Source: Calcarisporiella thermophila CBS 279.70 | Lineage: Eukaryota > Fungi > Calcarisporiellomycota | Reading direction: 5' to 3' | DNA: 64,000 nt | NCBI RefSeq assembly: GCF_041956535.1 | Contig: NW_027192193.1 | Location: 797,192-861,191 of the forward strand | Shown here: one piece after another, positions 24,101 to 38,052 of the stretch | Position numbering within the stretch: position 1 is the first letter of the stretch | How the letters are laid out: each line of letters starts with the position of its first letter | The notes under the pieces: generated by a model | The model's database searches: none | What the model was told of the DNA's origin: nothing | The model's input: only the letters and a program-made list of their open reading frames with translations | Made by a program: the position numbers and the translations under genes

Positions 24101-27100
24101 CTGGAAAAGAGTACTATTCAACATTCTAGAGGGCAGCTCACAGATTGCAGACACGCCATGCATTGCCTGATGGATCCACTCCATCACGAGAAGAACTTTA
24201 TATCCGTCCAGTTCAGGGTTGTTAAAAGCATCGGCTTTCCCGTTGGTAAGAGAGGCCTCAGGGACATCTGTATCCATAGATTGAGGCTCTTCCATTATTG
24301 TCGTGTCATTCATGATACTCGACTCAACCGTTGACTTCGATGTAGACTGTTTAGGCTTGGGAGCGTCGTTCCATCCCCAGCTGTCAAAATCTACAATGCC
24401 GCTGTCTATCATGGCCGCAGCACTGGTCACTGTTGACGTAGGTGGTGGGTTCACTTTTTTCTCGGTAAACAGCTTAGTGCTCTGGCGTTGAGGTGTTGCA
24501 GGGGGATCTACGATCCATGTCTGTAATAGGAAGAGTGCAAGGGCCGGGCATCCCATGCGTTCATAAGCGACCGATGCATCGAGCACGAATTGACGCTCCA
24601 TCGCGAAAGATATGTTGAGAGAAAGTCGTCGTGTTTGGTTTGTCTTTTCTTTGAGATATTTATAGAGGATAAGAAGGGTGGGATCAAGGAAACAGGCTGA
24701 TTTGAGAGAGTGAGCGGGAGCCTCGGTCTTCGAGAGCAGAGATTCGAGCGGTACCTTTACATTAGATAAAATCGCATCATTTTCTCAAAAGTAAATGAGA
24801 GAACCTAAGTATTTACCATAGTCGCACGTAAAGCTTGATCTCGTTCATTAAGCCACCATAAGGCCAAATTTGCGAGCCAACGGTCATTTTTCTCGATAGC
24901 CTGAGGGAGAATATGGCTGCGCATAATATCTTTGAATATGGGTGAATCGTCTCCTAAATAATCGGTTATTTGACAATTAGCTATACTTGTGAATCTGCTT
25001 AACAATTATCAGTGCTTGCCCTCATATACCCGGCATATTGCTATAGCAAGTTGGAAATCATTCAAATGTTGTAAACACACGTTTACTGCGTCCCGCAGTC
25101 TATTACCCAATAAAAAGAATGCGGCAGCGTAGGCTAGAAATATACAGGTGGGGGAAGGGAATTATAAAAAAGTGAATAAAGTTGCAAGTAATGTCATTTG
25201 TGCAATAAGTAGTTACCATAACGTTGCTTTCCTAGCAATGCATATGCATTTTTCAACGCGGCCTTTTGCCACCGAGGCTCATCGAAGTCATTCGATAGGA
25301 ACTTCATGGTCGGCTGCTGCTCTTTATGAGAATGGGCTACTTTCCAAAGCCCTAAGAGAAGTCGCTTTTTCTTCAATGCGAAATAAAACAAGGAGCATTT
25401 TACAGGATCTCGCTCGTCCTTATTCATGTATTCATTGCGTGCAATCTCCTCCATTAAATCTCGCTAACAATATTGGTGGTCAATAAGCATTAAGGAATTG
25501 AAGGATTATCGGGTTTTGAAAACAAACTCACCAAACTCTCGCCTTTTTTATACCACAAGAATAAGCCGATTGTTCGTGCATCCTGCCACAAAAGTTTTCC
25601 GCTGCAGCAAGTGCGACTGTATTCAAGCAGTAGGTCCTGCGAACCGCTGTGTAATGCCCATACAATGTCCCTATACTCTAGATTCGGTTTTCGAAGTGTA
25701 GGAGGTAGCAGCCGATTAAGGTAGTAGTGGCGTCGCAGAAAAACGAAATACCGCACGCCATTGTCATCCAAGTAACCACGATGCCTTGTTATCTATCGAT
25801 TTTAAGCAAATAGTATTCAAATATAATATATTAGTTCATTGGATAATCTTTATATATGACATGAAATAACCTGGGAGATGTTATCAATAATTGCCATCAA
25901 ATAGAGTTGTTCCAAGTGGTTGATGCTTGGTAGGGAGATGCGAGACAGATGCTCAACAAAAAACCCGATCGACTCGCTAGTTAACTTATTGCTGCTGCCC
26001 TCGCTAAAGGAAAATAACTTAGAAAAATCTTCCACAAAAAGAAAATGTATAAAAATACCTGTGTCCGATCCGATCAAAGAGCCCCGTGTACTCTTCCGAT
26101 TTCATTTCCTCTGACTATAAAATTTTTTCAATGTGGACGCATTTAAAAAAGGCAGTAGTAAAAGAGTTAGATACGTACTTGATCTTCCATGATAAATTTT
26201 TCGAAGGGAACGGCAGGAATATCAACCACGTTTTTGTTCGCGTCATTCATCAACTGTAAAAAGGAGCATACTCTGGCAAGAATGTAGTCAACGAGGTCAA
26301 AATTTCCTATAAAAGAAACATTGAACACCACGACTGAAGTCAATTGTTTATCATTGAAAGTGCATAAATACATACCCCACATCAAGAGCTGAATTAACAA
26401 GTCCGGGTGATAATAGGGTAGAGTCCGATTCATTACCGACCCAACTGCGAAAAGGGTGGAGCAATTGGATATGCGCTCTCCTGCTTGCCACAATTCCACT
26501 AAATATACATATATATGTATATGCAGATCAGAAAAAAACGGAAATTTTCACATCCTACATTTTTCTAGGTTGTATTGCTCCATCCACTTGCTATATACAA
26601 ATAATTTGCATCCCTTGGCCACCACCAAAGTTCCATCAGTGCTCCAAATGATACCAGATATACTTCCTTCGCTATAAAAACAACAGATTAAGCCAGGATA
26701 TTATTCTCATATAAAATTCCATTGAAAATAAAAAACAAAATACCTATCTATTTCCAATTTGTCCAATATTACCCAAGGCGAGTCCAAAGCGCCCGTTTCA
26801 TTGCGATGTCTCCCAAATATATAAACACACTCGTGCACTCCTATTGCTAGGTAATATTGCGCATCTGTTCCAAATCGAAGAGCCATTTGGACAATTTCTT
26901 CGTCAAACTGGCGAGTGTGCTCAAGCGAAGGGGGTGTATTATGTTCGAGCAGGCTCCAGATGGAAAGCACATCCCCCTGATTATTATCTCTTCTATGGAC
27001 TGTTTATCCAATATATTAAAAAAGTGTTTTGAGGAGGAAAAATAAATATCATTCTTACCAGTTACTATATATCCCGCAGGTGCAAGCAGGATTTGCCTTG

Positions 27101-29861
27101 CGTCCTTCTCAAAAGGATATGCAAGTAGTTTAGACCATTTCCAACCGTCGCCCACAGCCTTGTCCTTGGCCCAGAAATGCAACAACCCGCCCTCATATGT
27201 GGCGAATACAGGAGAATTATTCCGCATGGCTGGTGTTAATGGAAACACTCCATCCCAATCGTCGAATGCGATCACGAGTGATGGTGTCACTAAGAGGTCC
27301 TGGGACGCGATAAACGTTATGGATGAAACATAGTGACCTTAAAAGGTTGAAATCCAACAATCAATAAGGAAGCTATTTTTTTCTTTTTCATTTTCAAAGG
27401 TTACTTGGGGTCAACGAGATTCTCCATAAATGGCTTTCACCCTTCTCAGACACAGCAAGAAGGTACACTGAATTCGCTGGCTGATTATCTACTTCAAAGC
27501 AATGTAGAAACACTATCTCCTCATTTGATTTGCATTCGTTCAATGTAGTTTCCAGCGCAATCCCATCAAGGTCAGAGCAAACGTAAAGATTTATCACATC
27601 TCCGTCGTAAACCGCTATACAATTATCTACAAGTATATATATGTGCGTATTCAACGTTAGTATAATGGAGATATCAGGCTTGAAAATGATATACCGGAAA
27701 GAATTGTAATAAGTCGTACACCCTTAGGTGACAATAAAATGGCACGCTCCCGTAACCAACTTTGCACTTCAAATCCAAACTGTGGACTTTCGCATTGCCA
27801 CCACTCTAACCATCCTCTCACTGATGCAGACAAAACAGTACTGCCATTCCGTTGGCGCACCAGCAGGCGACGTCCTATGGGCCAACAATGTCCTGCCCAT
27901 TCATACTTCAGGAATAGACGATAGCTCGGGCAGTTGCTTGCAAGTAGATCCACCATGTCCATGTGATAATAATTTAGTCGTCCATCAGGATGCGTTACTA
28001 ACATGGCTAGGCGTACCGTTATCACTTTATCTAGCATTTAAAAACAATGATATGAGTCGTTTGAACTCCCTTCTCATGCAAAAGACGGATTACCTCGGGA
28101 TAGAACTTCTAAAGGATCGTGAAAGCAGAGTACTCTTCCAGCAAAGAATTTCGCATCCGTCTGAGAAATAACCTGTGAAATTCGCATGACAGCCAGCACT
28201 TTTGGAATACGAAGTGGATGACAACCTAAGTTCTAACGTGAAAAATACATCAATAGCCGTTTTCAACCGAATAAGGAACTTGATACACTACTTGAATTCC
28301 CCATATGGCCAAAGAACCATCCGTTTGAATTTGAAAGAATAAATCTGGAGTTTCGCTTGACAGATCTTTCAATCGTTTCAGCTGTGGGTTGTTCGCGACC
28401 AAATCAGGATCTTTGCCAACTGAAGCATAGGAAATTGCATCCAAAAGTTCTGACGCAGGAATCCAGTGAATTGGAAGATAATGACTCGAAAGTATAGGAT
28501 TTTCTGGGAAGGTGGCAGGGGTGGGAGAATTTGAGGAGGAGGTAGAATGGGACTGAGAGGTGACAAGAAATTGATTCGGGTCGATAATGGCACTCAATTG
28601 AAAGGCATGGGGTGTAGTAGGATTCGTAGGCGACCATATTCGGCATATGCCATCCGTAGACATAGTAAACAGAATTGGATCGCTACGAAGCCAAAATACA
28701 TATTTAGTTCACATATTATAATGAGAAAAAAAGAGCGAGAAAGGCGTCTCTAATCACCTGTCTTTCTCTGATTTTCTCCATTCAAAGTTCATGACGGGCT
28801 TTGGATGTGGTAAATATAAAAAGCTATGTCGATCCGATTCTTCTATTCCAGGCATTAGCATATTTCATGATAAAATAAGAATCGCAAACCAATACGTACC
28901 TCCATCTTTCCACCATACTTTCACAAGCTTGTCGTACTATTTTGTAGGATAATATTAAGAGATATTAAGTTTAAAAGTTGGCAGGAAAGTTAGTCTGATA
29001 TGTTCATACAAATCCAACGGTTGCGCACATGATTCCTTGGGGACTAAGTTTGACTAATTTCGTGGGGGAAGGCAATCTGTAGAGATGTGATTAGGTAATA
29101 GAGCTAGAGAAAACATACAAACAAATACAAACCTTTGTTCCCAGACACTTGACCAACTCAGCGTATCCTCTGATTTTTGAAAATGATACATTAAAATATC
29201 CTCTCCAGCAACAAGCAAATCTACGACAATAAATGGGATAAAAGTCAGTTAGATGACAGATGATAGATGATATGACATGTATATATTTAAAATACTAACC
29301 TGTATCTGACATATCCATGCAAGTTACTCGAGATGGATGCTCTAACTTTCCCATATATTCCCACTTCTTTCTACCGCAATTCTAAAAGGATATTTCAAAA
29401 GGTTGGCTATGGTTAATACTGAATGAATGAGACTCAACGCACATCATTTTCCGAACGTGGGCGTAAAAGTACTACACATTTCGAACAGGAGGCTGCAATC
29501 TATACCAAAACCAAAAAAAAATACAGAGTAAGGCCACAATTACGCGTACACAAACAATTTAATGGATCTTACGACGCCATTCGAATTCATAGCCACCGCT
29601 GTAATATCCCCGCCATCCGTATATGAATCTAAACATACTGATTGAATCAGGCTGAACGATGTCGTGTATAAAATCAAATTTCCTCCAGTGGCGTACACCT
29701 TTAATTCAGGGAATATACCATTAATCGTTAATCAAGACATGGCCAATTCATTAAAATGTGGCAAATAAAATTACGATATATCGATAATTGTTATATATGC
29801 TCGTGCACACACTCGAAATCGACGCATTTGTTCGCCCAGGATATAGATGCTGAAGTAGCAT
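21138..29861 (-). CDS. RAV1: RAVE/Rabconnectin-3 subunit Rav1/DMXL with N- and C-terminal WD40 regions
   Basis: Start MLLQHLYPGRTN; LPYYHPDLLIQLL, DDNGVRY, RDPVKCSLFYFALKKK, RWQKAALKNAYALLGKQR, RVYEGDD (Rav1p_C). C-terminal WD40 repeats (ESHPTFPF, IWDTLLP, LFSGGKNGELCVVDVRQR). Many introns. Confidence 0.93.
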
Positions 29862-30281
29862 TATCCTACTATGCTTTTGTTCACAGACGTATCAGCTGGG
29901 TCGTAGAGAATAACTGCAAGTGCCACCCTTTCGAGCTTTATACTTGTCGATTCAGACTTCTGAAAGCAAGATTGATTTTACGGAAATATCAGCTCATACC
30001 CCACCTTTATCGTTTATTTAGAGGTTCAATCCTGTATAAGATTTCCATTGCCAACTAAAAGCGCACCTCTCATTTCTTTGTTATATCGAAACCCTAACTC
30101 CGTGCTCGCCTCAAATATTAAAGTGGTGTTAAAACTTAGCATCCGAACATCTTTTAAGAGCATATAAAATTTGGGGATGAGCACGGACCCTAACTCCAAA
30201 GGAAGTGAAAAAGCAGTACCACCCACCCAAAATTCAACTTGGAAATAGAAGAGCTAGACACATATTGAAGTATAATTAATA

Positions 30282-33247
30282 ATGGCACTTCATCCACCCC
30301 CTTACACACACTCCCATCACGACGAAGAGGAGGATGAAGACGACGAAGAATTTGCGAGCGCGTCAGAAGGTGAAGAATTGCCAGATGAAGATGAGCAAGA
30401 TTATGAACACCAACAGCAAGGGATGAGTGCGACAAGTGCGAGAGAAAAGCACGGAGTTGCTGAATCGACCGCACCGGTTGAAGAAACTTTGAATCGTGAG
30501 CCAGAGACTGGATCTCAAGTGGAAATTAGGGCAGACAATGCCAATGCCGACAGAGAAACATTGTCCACAGTCGAATCAAATGCCACTAGATCGAAGTGCA
30601 CCGTCGATTCTCCCGAGGTGGCAGCAGCAGCTGAGCCTAAAAATGCAGACATTGCGTCCGATGCAATCATTATGGAGACAGCGCAAGCAGATAATAGCCC
30701 TGCTTTAGATACAATGAAAGGTTCAAGCGATTCCGGCACTGACGCTAACTTGGGCGATGTTGCGGGGCAACATGAGGACTTAGAGGTTAATATTACCAAG
30801 AGGTCGGAATTAAAAGCCATACCTGAATCAACTACTACCTTCGCCAACTCCACGAGTGAACTTGCTGAACCTGTTGCTACATCAGTTATAGACGATAATA
30901 TTCCAACTGAAGAAATTGAAAATCTCGTCATAGACGACTGGGAATGGGGTGAGGAGAAAGAGCAGCAGGACCAAGAAGGATCTCTTCCGGAAGATGAAAA
31001 GGAAATAGATGACGGAGAAGACTGGGGCACTTGGGATACTTTTGATACCCCAGCTCAACCTGCTAGGAAGGAGCAAAAACTTGAACAGGAGTGGGGTGCT
31101 TGGGATGATTTTGGCGATGAAAACACTACAGCGCGCACAGATAAAGATTCAGGTAATTGGAAGGGGCACGTATTGCTTTCTACTTTCAAAATTTATTGTA
31201 AACATCCTTTTTATTTTCCATAGCTCGTTGGGAAAGTTCGTGGGGCTCGTGGCTTTCTTCAGCAGTCAAGACCGTAGAAAATGTCGTCCATAATGCCGAC
31301 GTGGACAGTATCTATGCTAAAGCCCAAACTTTGGGTAAAGAGTTCCGCAATGTGACCTCGGTGGGTATTGATCGCGTTTATGGATCGCTGGATCCTGACT
31401 GGCAGGGCGATTCGGAAAGCGCACCCAACGTAAATGCGTCCACATCACACCAGGAGCTGGGTGAAAGCAACCGGGAAAAATCCTCGCAGGTGTCCTCCCC
31501 TACTCTGGGAGAGAAGGATTTCAGAGTCAAGGAGAAGGTGGAAACAACCGCAGAGGCGTTGTTGTCAACTATCGATAAAACGTTTGATTTTGCATCCAAC
31601 GCGCTAGGCTCTGCTGTATTTGGGGGATATCGAAACCTTCAACAGGCCAATCTTGGGAAGCGTGTAAGTATACTTTGTGCGGGTGGATAGAGTAGGCCGG
31701 TAGATTATTCAACTCTTTCACAACCGCTTACAGCTAGACGAACTGCGACAGAATGTAGACACCACTCCCGTACAGCAGGTGAGCGAGAATGTGGTGTCGC
31801 AGAGTTTAGGTGCATTAGAGCTATTGGGCAAGCGAGCCATGGAGGTGGTCAATGAACAGGTAAGAGTCCCAAGAGGGAAAGAGATACTATACAGTTGATC
31901 CAACCTCCATCTTGCCTCTAGCGAAATCGGGTTCGAAAAGATAAAGACATCGACCCAACCCAAAAGAAGCAGATGCTAGACCAGCTAGATCAGGACGCAG
32001 CCAACCTTCGATCCACCGCCTTATCGCCCATACAGATGCAGACCATGATAGTAGAGAACATTGGGCCGTCGCTAAAAGAACTCTTTGAGAAAAGCCGTGG
32101 AAGCGAACATATACAGGTATTCATTTGAACTAGGATTCTTCGCGGCTGGGCCAGGAATAGAGCCAGTTTTTTTTTTTTCTAACAATGGATTCTACTTGGC
32201 ACTAGCGATTGAACCTACTGAACCAAGAGGCGGCCAATAAATTCAGCCAATTGGCTAGCGAACAACCAGAGCTAGTTGATCGTGCCAAGGAGTCGTTCCA
32301 ACAGCTTGACGATATATTTCTAGAACAGTCCATTATCGAGCTTATGCAAGAGAACGACGAAAGCGTCATGGGCGACTCAAAAAGCTTCCAGGAGCTGGTA
32401 AAAGATGACCCTTGCTGGATAGAATTTGAAGTATTGATTGGGGTGGGGGATTTTAGGTATCACTGTTGGAAAAACTTGGGGTCAAAGCATCGACGCAGCT
32501 TCGGCAGATGCGCAGCATCACCCGTCGCTTAGGGACTACTAGCGAGAATACGGTGGCTAACCTGAAACAGAGTGAGCTTCTTGGAGCTAAGGATTCAAGC
32601 GATGATTCATTGCTAACATCGTGCTATGTGACCGTTTTGGAAAAAAGGCTGGGACGAATTCTCCGTCGTTGGGGACATTACAGAGCAGAAGATCTCCGTG
32701 CGCAAGTTCCTGGGGGACCATCTGGCGAATACCTACTCCGTTGGCCTGAAAACGACGGTGTCCTTCACGGAGAGGTCATGCGAGCAGGTTCGATATTGAG
32801 TGCCCTTTTTTCCCCCTCTGCTATGGACTGAAGAGTGCTGAGTGCTTATCCCTCGGAATAACTTTCTCCATCCAGATGCTGCGGCTCGCGGAGAATTTCC
32901 TTATGCGGATTGCTGAGGATCAAATGCATGGCGAGAATTCTCTTCCTAAAGAGGAGGTGGTCAATTCAGCTCAGCGGCTAGTGGAGTTAGTTGGCCGTAT
33001 CCTCACGGAGTGCCGCTTCATCGCAATCACCCACATCGATGCCCTCGAGGCAAGTGTCAAGCATGCGCGCCGGGAGTTCGAGGCCCCCTTCGACTCCTTC
33101 GACTGGGATGCGGTGGATCTGGAGGCGAAGCTGCTCGAGGAGCGGCTGCACTCGGAGTCGCGGCGGGCGATGCAGTACACGCTGGAAGCGGCCCGATCTC
33201 TGCTCGAGATTCTACGGCTGCGAGAGCTCGTGAACTTGCGATCGTAG
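30282..33247 (+). CDS. FAM114A-like (DUF719) protein with acidic W/WG-motif N-terminus
   Basis: Acidic disordered region with DWEWG, DWGTWD, WGAWDDF and SWGSWLSSA, then SLGALELLGKRAMEVV and LFEKSRGSEHIQAIELL, which resemble FAM114A core motifs; helical C-terminus. Confidence 0.7.
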
Positions 33248-33631
33248 ATCCTAGCCACCGGTGCAGCCAAAATGATTGGTGTTTCGCGTGAGAACTCCTT
33301 CGGAGACGGGGAGGCGCAGTCGGAATCGGCCCACCGTGTGTTTATTTTTCGCCGATTTCTATTCGTTCCGGGTGCTCACTAGTCGAAAAAAATAATAAAA
33401 AATTTTCATCTATTCAACCTTCCAAACCTTCTTCTTCATTCACCAAATTCATTCTCACTTTCAACTCCCTCTCCCCTCTCCATTCTAAACACAACTTCGG
33501 ACTTCATAGAGCATTTAGAGTACAGTTTACCAAAAACACTAACGGAATCATAGAGCAAGTGAGTGTGCTTCCCTCCCGCAATCCGCACTAGCCGAGAATC
33601 TGACCCCCTTTTTCCCCTGCTACAGCACGCA

Positions 33632-34751
33632 ATGGAGTCTGTCTCCCTTCAATCCCCCTACTATACTCCCGTACACCCCACCTTCTATACTGGCCTCCCG
33701 CCCCCGCCTTTACAACACCAGCACCAGCACCAGCACCCGCACCCGCAGCATCCGCAGCACTCGCTGCAGTCGCCCACCTTTGCAGCCGACCCGAAGATCA
33801 ACTCCCCGCGGCCGGCGGGGCAAAAGCGACACCAAGTCAAAAATGCTTGTGGTAAGCTGAAACCTTATTTCGGTTTGTTTGTATTGTCCCTGCTAAAGTT
33901 GGCCTTCAGTAAACTGTCAGAAGGCGTGCAAGAAATGCGATGACGGCCGCCCCTGCCAGCGCTGCATCAAGTATGGGCTCACGGACACCTGCGTCAACTC
34001 TCCCCGCAAGGAACGCAAGAAGGGCATCAAGCGTGGCCCGTACAAGCGGCGCAACAAGAAGGGCAAGGAGGGGGAGGAGGGCGAGCGGAAAGAGGCGGCG
34101 GGGCTGAAGGCCGAGCCCTCCGCGGGATACGAGGCATTTGCAAATGGCTACACGCCCGCCGCCAACGTGACGTACGATGCGCTGCCGACGTGGGTCGAGC
34201 AGGGCGAAGAGGGCTCCAAACTGAATATGCTCTCCCAGCTGGCAACGCAGCTCCACACAACCACCGGCATGAATAGACACCCCCCGCAAGCGCAACCCCA
34301 ACACCATAGCCGCATGAACGACGGATTCCACTACGATACTCCCAATTCCCTCCCCTCATTATCGCCCGTGGAGATGCCGGCCGCGACCGCGTACGAGCAC
34401 CCAACAAGCTACGCCCCGGCCTCCTACGACCACCCCTACACCCCAGCCTCCTACACCAATACACCCCGCTCCGGATCCCCCAACTACGCATCGCCTCACC
34501 ACCAGCCGCTAACGAAGCTCTCCCGGCAGCAGCCGCAGCAGCAGCAGCAGCAGCAGCAGCAGCCACAACCGCAGCCCCACCACCAGCAGCTGCATCCCTC
34601 CCACCTCAACCCTCAGCATCCGCCCCCGCATCCCCAGCCCATGTACGGCCGAATGGGCGAAGAGTTCTCCTCATTTTTCCCCTCCTCGTTTCAAACATCC
34701 GGAGCACCCTCCAATTACTTGTTTTCATATGATAGAGTGACAGAACAATAA
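33632..34751 (+). CDS. Zn(II)2Cys6 transcription factor
   Basis: RHQVKNAC|VNCQKACKKCDDGRPCQRCIKYGLTDTC followed by RKERKKGIKRGPYKRR; Q/P/H-rich regions; probable 5'UTR intron at 33559-33625. Confidence 0.92.
34526..34563 (+). repeat. CAG poly-Q coding microsatellite
   Basis: Tandem cag run within the Zn-cluster gene. Confidence 0.9.
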
Positions 34752-35314
34752 TTCCTCCTTTTTATCTTGCAGATTTTTTTTTTATCACCATAATCATCTT
34801 CACAAAAAACATTTCTATGTTGTATACAATGTTCCTTCGCCCCCTTCCCCCTTTATATAAGTATTATTTGACTTCCATCTAGATAGTTTATAACTTAAAA
34901 TCCAAAAACATATATCTCCCTAACCTATTTATGTGTATTTTTCTTCCTTTAACTTATTTATTATTTCCTGAAGTAGTATTTAATTATTTCTTTTTATCTT
35001 CCTTTTCTCGAGTAAAATGAAAGTCTTTTCAAATCCTCTCTCTGTTGACGTCACCGAATTTCAAGCCATATCCCGCTCTCCGGAGTCGGTTAGGAGGGGC
35101 ATTTGAAAAATCAAACCTCCTCAGAAATAAGTACACAACAAGGACAGAACACAGTACGGTGCAAGCAAGGACTGTGGCTATTTTAGTTTTCTTTTGTTCA
35201 TATCTATACACATACATATATACTGCTTTTGTACATTGATCCGCCCTTCCTCCCCCCCCCCCCCACCAGCTAACCTAAACCAATTATTAAACCAACCCTG
35301 TTTAGTAGTCGAGA

Positions 35315-36519
35315 ATGGGCTCTATCTTCTCAACCCTCCTCAGACCCTCCTCGAATGGCTCCGAAGAGGCGCTTGCGTTTGATCTCTCTACTGCTCCCAC
35401 CAACACACAAAACATAATGGAGCCCATGGCAGCGATCTTGGAATCGGCGAGAAAATACCAGAATTGCGGAGATCCGATACGTAGAGTAAGTACGGATGAA
35501 CTTAGACAGAGTGCATCATGATTTAATTTGGGTCGATGAATAGGCCATTTCCGATCCGACCATTGAGAATGAGGAGCACGCATGGAATGCGGTGCAGCCA
35601 TCTGTGCAGCGGATTAAAGAGTTTTACCGATTTTCGGTCCTTCTAGGTATGACTTGCATAGAAACATCGGCCCAAGGATGAATGCGATGGATCCATTAAC
35701 CCGAATATCATGTTAGAAAACACTCTGCCGGAAATCCTGGATGTACTCTGCCATGATGATGCGCGTCGGGATTTGGAGAAACACCAGGATCTAGCCAGGG
35801 TGTTGGCGCATATACTGGACTTTGCATTTGAGTTTGATCAGATCAAGGTATTCATCTAAACAAACACAATCAATAATGGACATCAATTTAACTTGTATTT
35901 GGACCCACCCCCATGTCTGCAGATGAATACACCAGGCATGCAAAATGACTTCTCCTACTATCGCCGCATGTTGAGTAGAGGCCGGCCTGGTCGCGATCAA
36001 AATGACATTCGTACCGCTATGCAAGAGGATGAGGAAGCAAATCGGGTTTCCATGTATATTGCCTATCCGACCCCGATGCTTCGCTCCCTTATTAATGTCA
36101 CCACTACGTTTGTGGAGAAAAACCGCTTAGCAAAGGGGATTCTGGATTTCCTGGCATGTCTCGCGGAAGCATGCTACCAAACCATTATCAAGCGCAAGTT
36201 CCCCGGGGCAGTCGAATTCTATTGCCGCGTCTTAATTGTGATCATTATCCTGTATGACCAGAGTTCACCGGGGGGAGCATATTGCAAACAGAGCGAAATG
36301 GATGTGAGTAGCACATAAAAATATTTGTGTCCATTATACCCTAATTGTTTTTCCTTGGCCTCGGTCTGTTTTTAGACCAAGAATTTGCTCAAGGCGATCC
36401 CAGCTCACAGTCCACGCGAGGCCTCGATGCTGATGAGTGTGCTGCGATACAATTCGAGGCATTTGAACGACGAGTCTACTCCTAAAACGATCAAGACCCT
36501 TGTGGCTTCTTACGCTTAA
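35315..36519 (+). CDS. CYRI: CYRI/FAM49 (CYFIP-related Rac1 interactor) homologue
   Basis: MG start (myristoylation-like); YQNCGDPIRR|AISDP, AWNAVQP, ILDFAFEFDQIK|MNTPGMQNDFSYYRRMLSR, ANRVSMYIAYPTPML, LRYNSRHLNDESTPK. Confidence 0.9.
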
Positions 36520-37192
36520 AGTTATTTTTTGATTTTTTTTCTTAAGCTTCTCTGGTGCGAATGTGTATATTAGATGGTTCCCCTGGCTTGAAATATTTAT
36601 ACACAGCTCTTATCCTTTACACTTCCTAATCATGTTTGTTGTTGTGCTTTCATTTGTTTCCTTGTTTTGTTTCTCAATTTTTTTTTTCTCGTGATTTTTT
36701 ATAGGATTTAATGCTTTTATTTCTTCCCTCTCTTGACTCTCTTTGTTGATCCTCTTATTATTTTCTTCCTCTAACGCGTTTTCCTCTCTCAGGGGAATTT
36801 TATTTTTTGTAATTTATCTTTTTTCAATTTCATGAAGATAAAGAGGCTTTAATTCTACAATACGTCACTTCCCATGACCCGCATCCGTCCTCCCCACCTT
36901 CTTTTGGAAAATCCATGGCTAAAGTTAAGCCTCCGTAAGGTTCTACATTTTGACGGCAGCCGAAAGGATATACAAATTTAAAAGCGGATCTCTATTGTGC
37001 CTCACCCAGAAAACTTACCAAAATCATCCTGGTCGATAGACCCGAACTAGCGAGGACAGGTAGGACAAGGCAAATCGTCTTCCATTAAAAGCCTTTCAAC
37101 TAGCGTCCTTTCAGCGATGAGAAGGAGCCCCCCTTCTTTCTCCCTTTTCCCCTCTAGGAAGTCCTGTGCTCCACCTTGAGGTCATAGCTAAG

Positions 37193-37200
37193 TATAAAAG
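37193..37200 (+). promoter_or_regulatory. TATA box
   Basis: TATAAAAG about 90 nt upstream of the ATG at 37283, followed by a CT-rich leader. Confidence 0.55.
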
Positions 37201-37282
37201 AGGGGCCGGTTCTCCCTAGATCTCCTCTGCTCTTAACCTTCTTTCTGCACTCGGAAACACATTAAAGAAACATCAGCACACC

Positions 37283-38052
37283 ATGCACAAAATCTCGTTT
37301 ATTCTAGCATCTTTTGTTGCACTCACTGCGGCCGCACCCTTCATCACTCAACCCATCACTGGGACCGTTTGGAAAGCGGGCTCCGACGTTCAAATAACCT
37401 GGACGAACGGCACTGCAGGAACTCTCCCTATCAAGTTGATGATGGTAAGTGCAGAATTCAACGGGACAAGCTGGCAGAAGGGATTCGAATGTGAATGATA
37501 TTCAAATTCTTTTCCAATTCATTAGGGGGATCCTAATGCGTTGCAGCAGGTGAGCATCATCAACGGGACTGTTGACGGCGCATTCGGCCAGCTTCCTTGG
37601 CACATCCCCGAGAATATCACGGCAGGAAACACGTACGCATTGGCACTAGGTTTGTGTTGAGAAAAAGAGGAACAGGAAGATTGATATTAACCACACCTAA
37701 TCTGCGGTTAGGCAACCCCCCTGATATCGCTTATTCCGGACAGTTTACAATTGAGGCCGCGAATGCCGCACCATCTTCTAGCGCCGCTTCCTCGGCTGCG
37801 CCCATGGTTGTGAAACGGCAGAATCTCCCCTCGGTGCTTTCTGAAGCCGGGTCGGCCGCCACTAAGGAGGCAACCAAGGTTGCAAGCGCGGTATCCTCTA
37901 TTGGCTCAGCTGCCACTTCAATTGCGGGGAATGTGGCCTCAAAGGTCAATTCCGCGGTGGGCACGCCCTCAGCCCCCTCGCATTCGGGTGGGAATTCCAT
38001 CGCTCCTATGGCGGGGCTCGCCTTCGTGCCTGTGTTGGCTGCAATCCTCTAG
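37283..38052 (+). CDS. GPI-anchored Ser/Ala-rich cell-surface protein with Kre9/Knh1-like N-terminal domain
   Basis: Signal peptide; ITQPITGTVWKAGSDVQITW, GDPNALQ, YSGQFTI; Ser/Ala-rich linker; hydrophobic C-terminal GPI signal after SGG. Confidence 0.85.
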
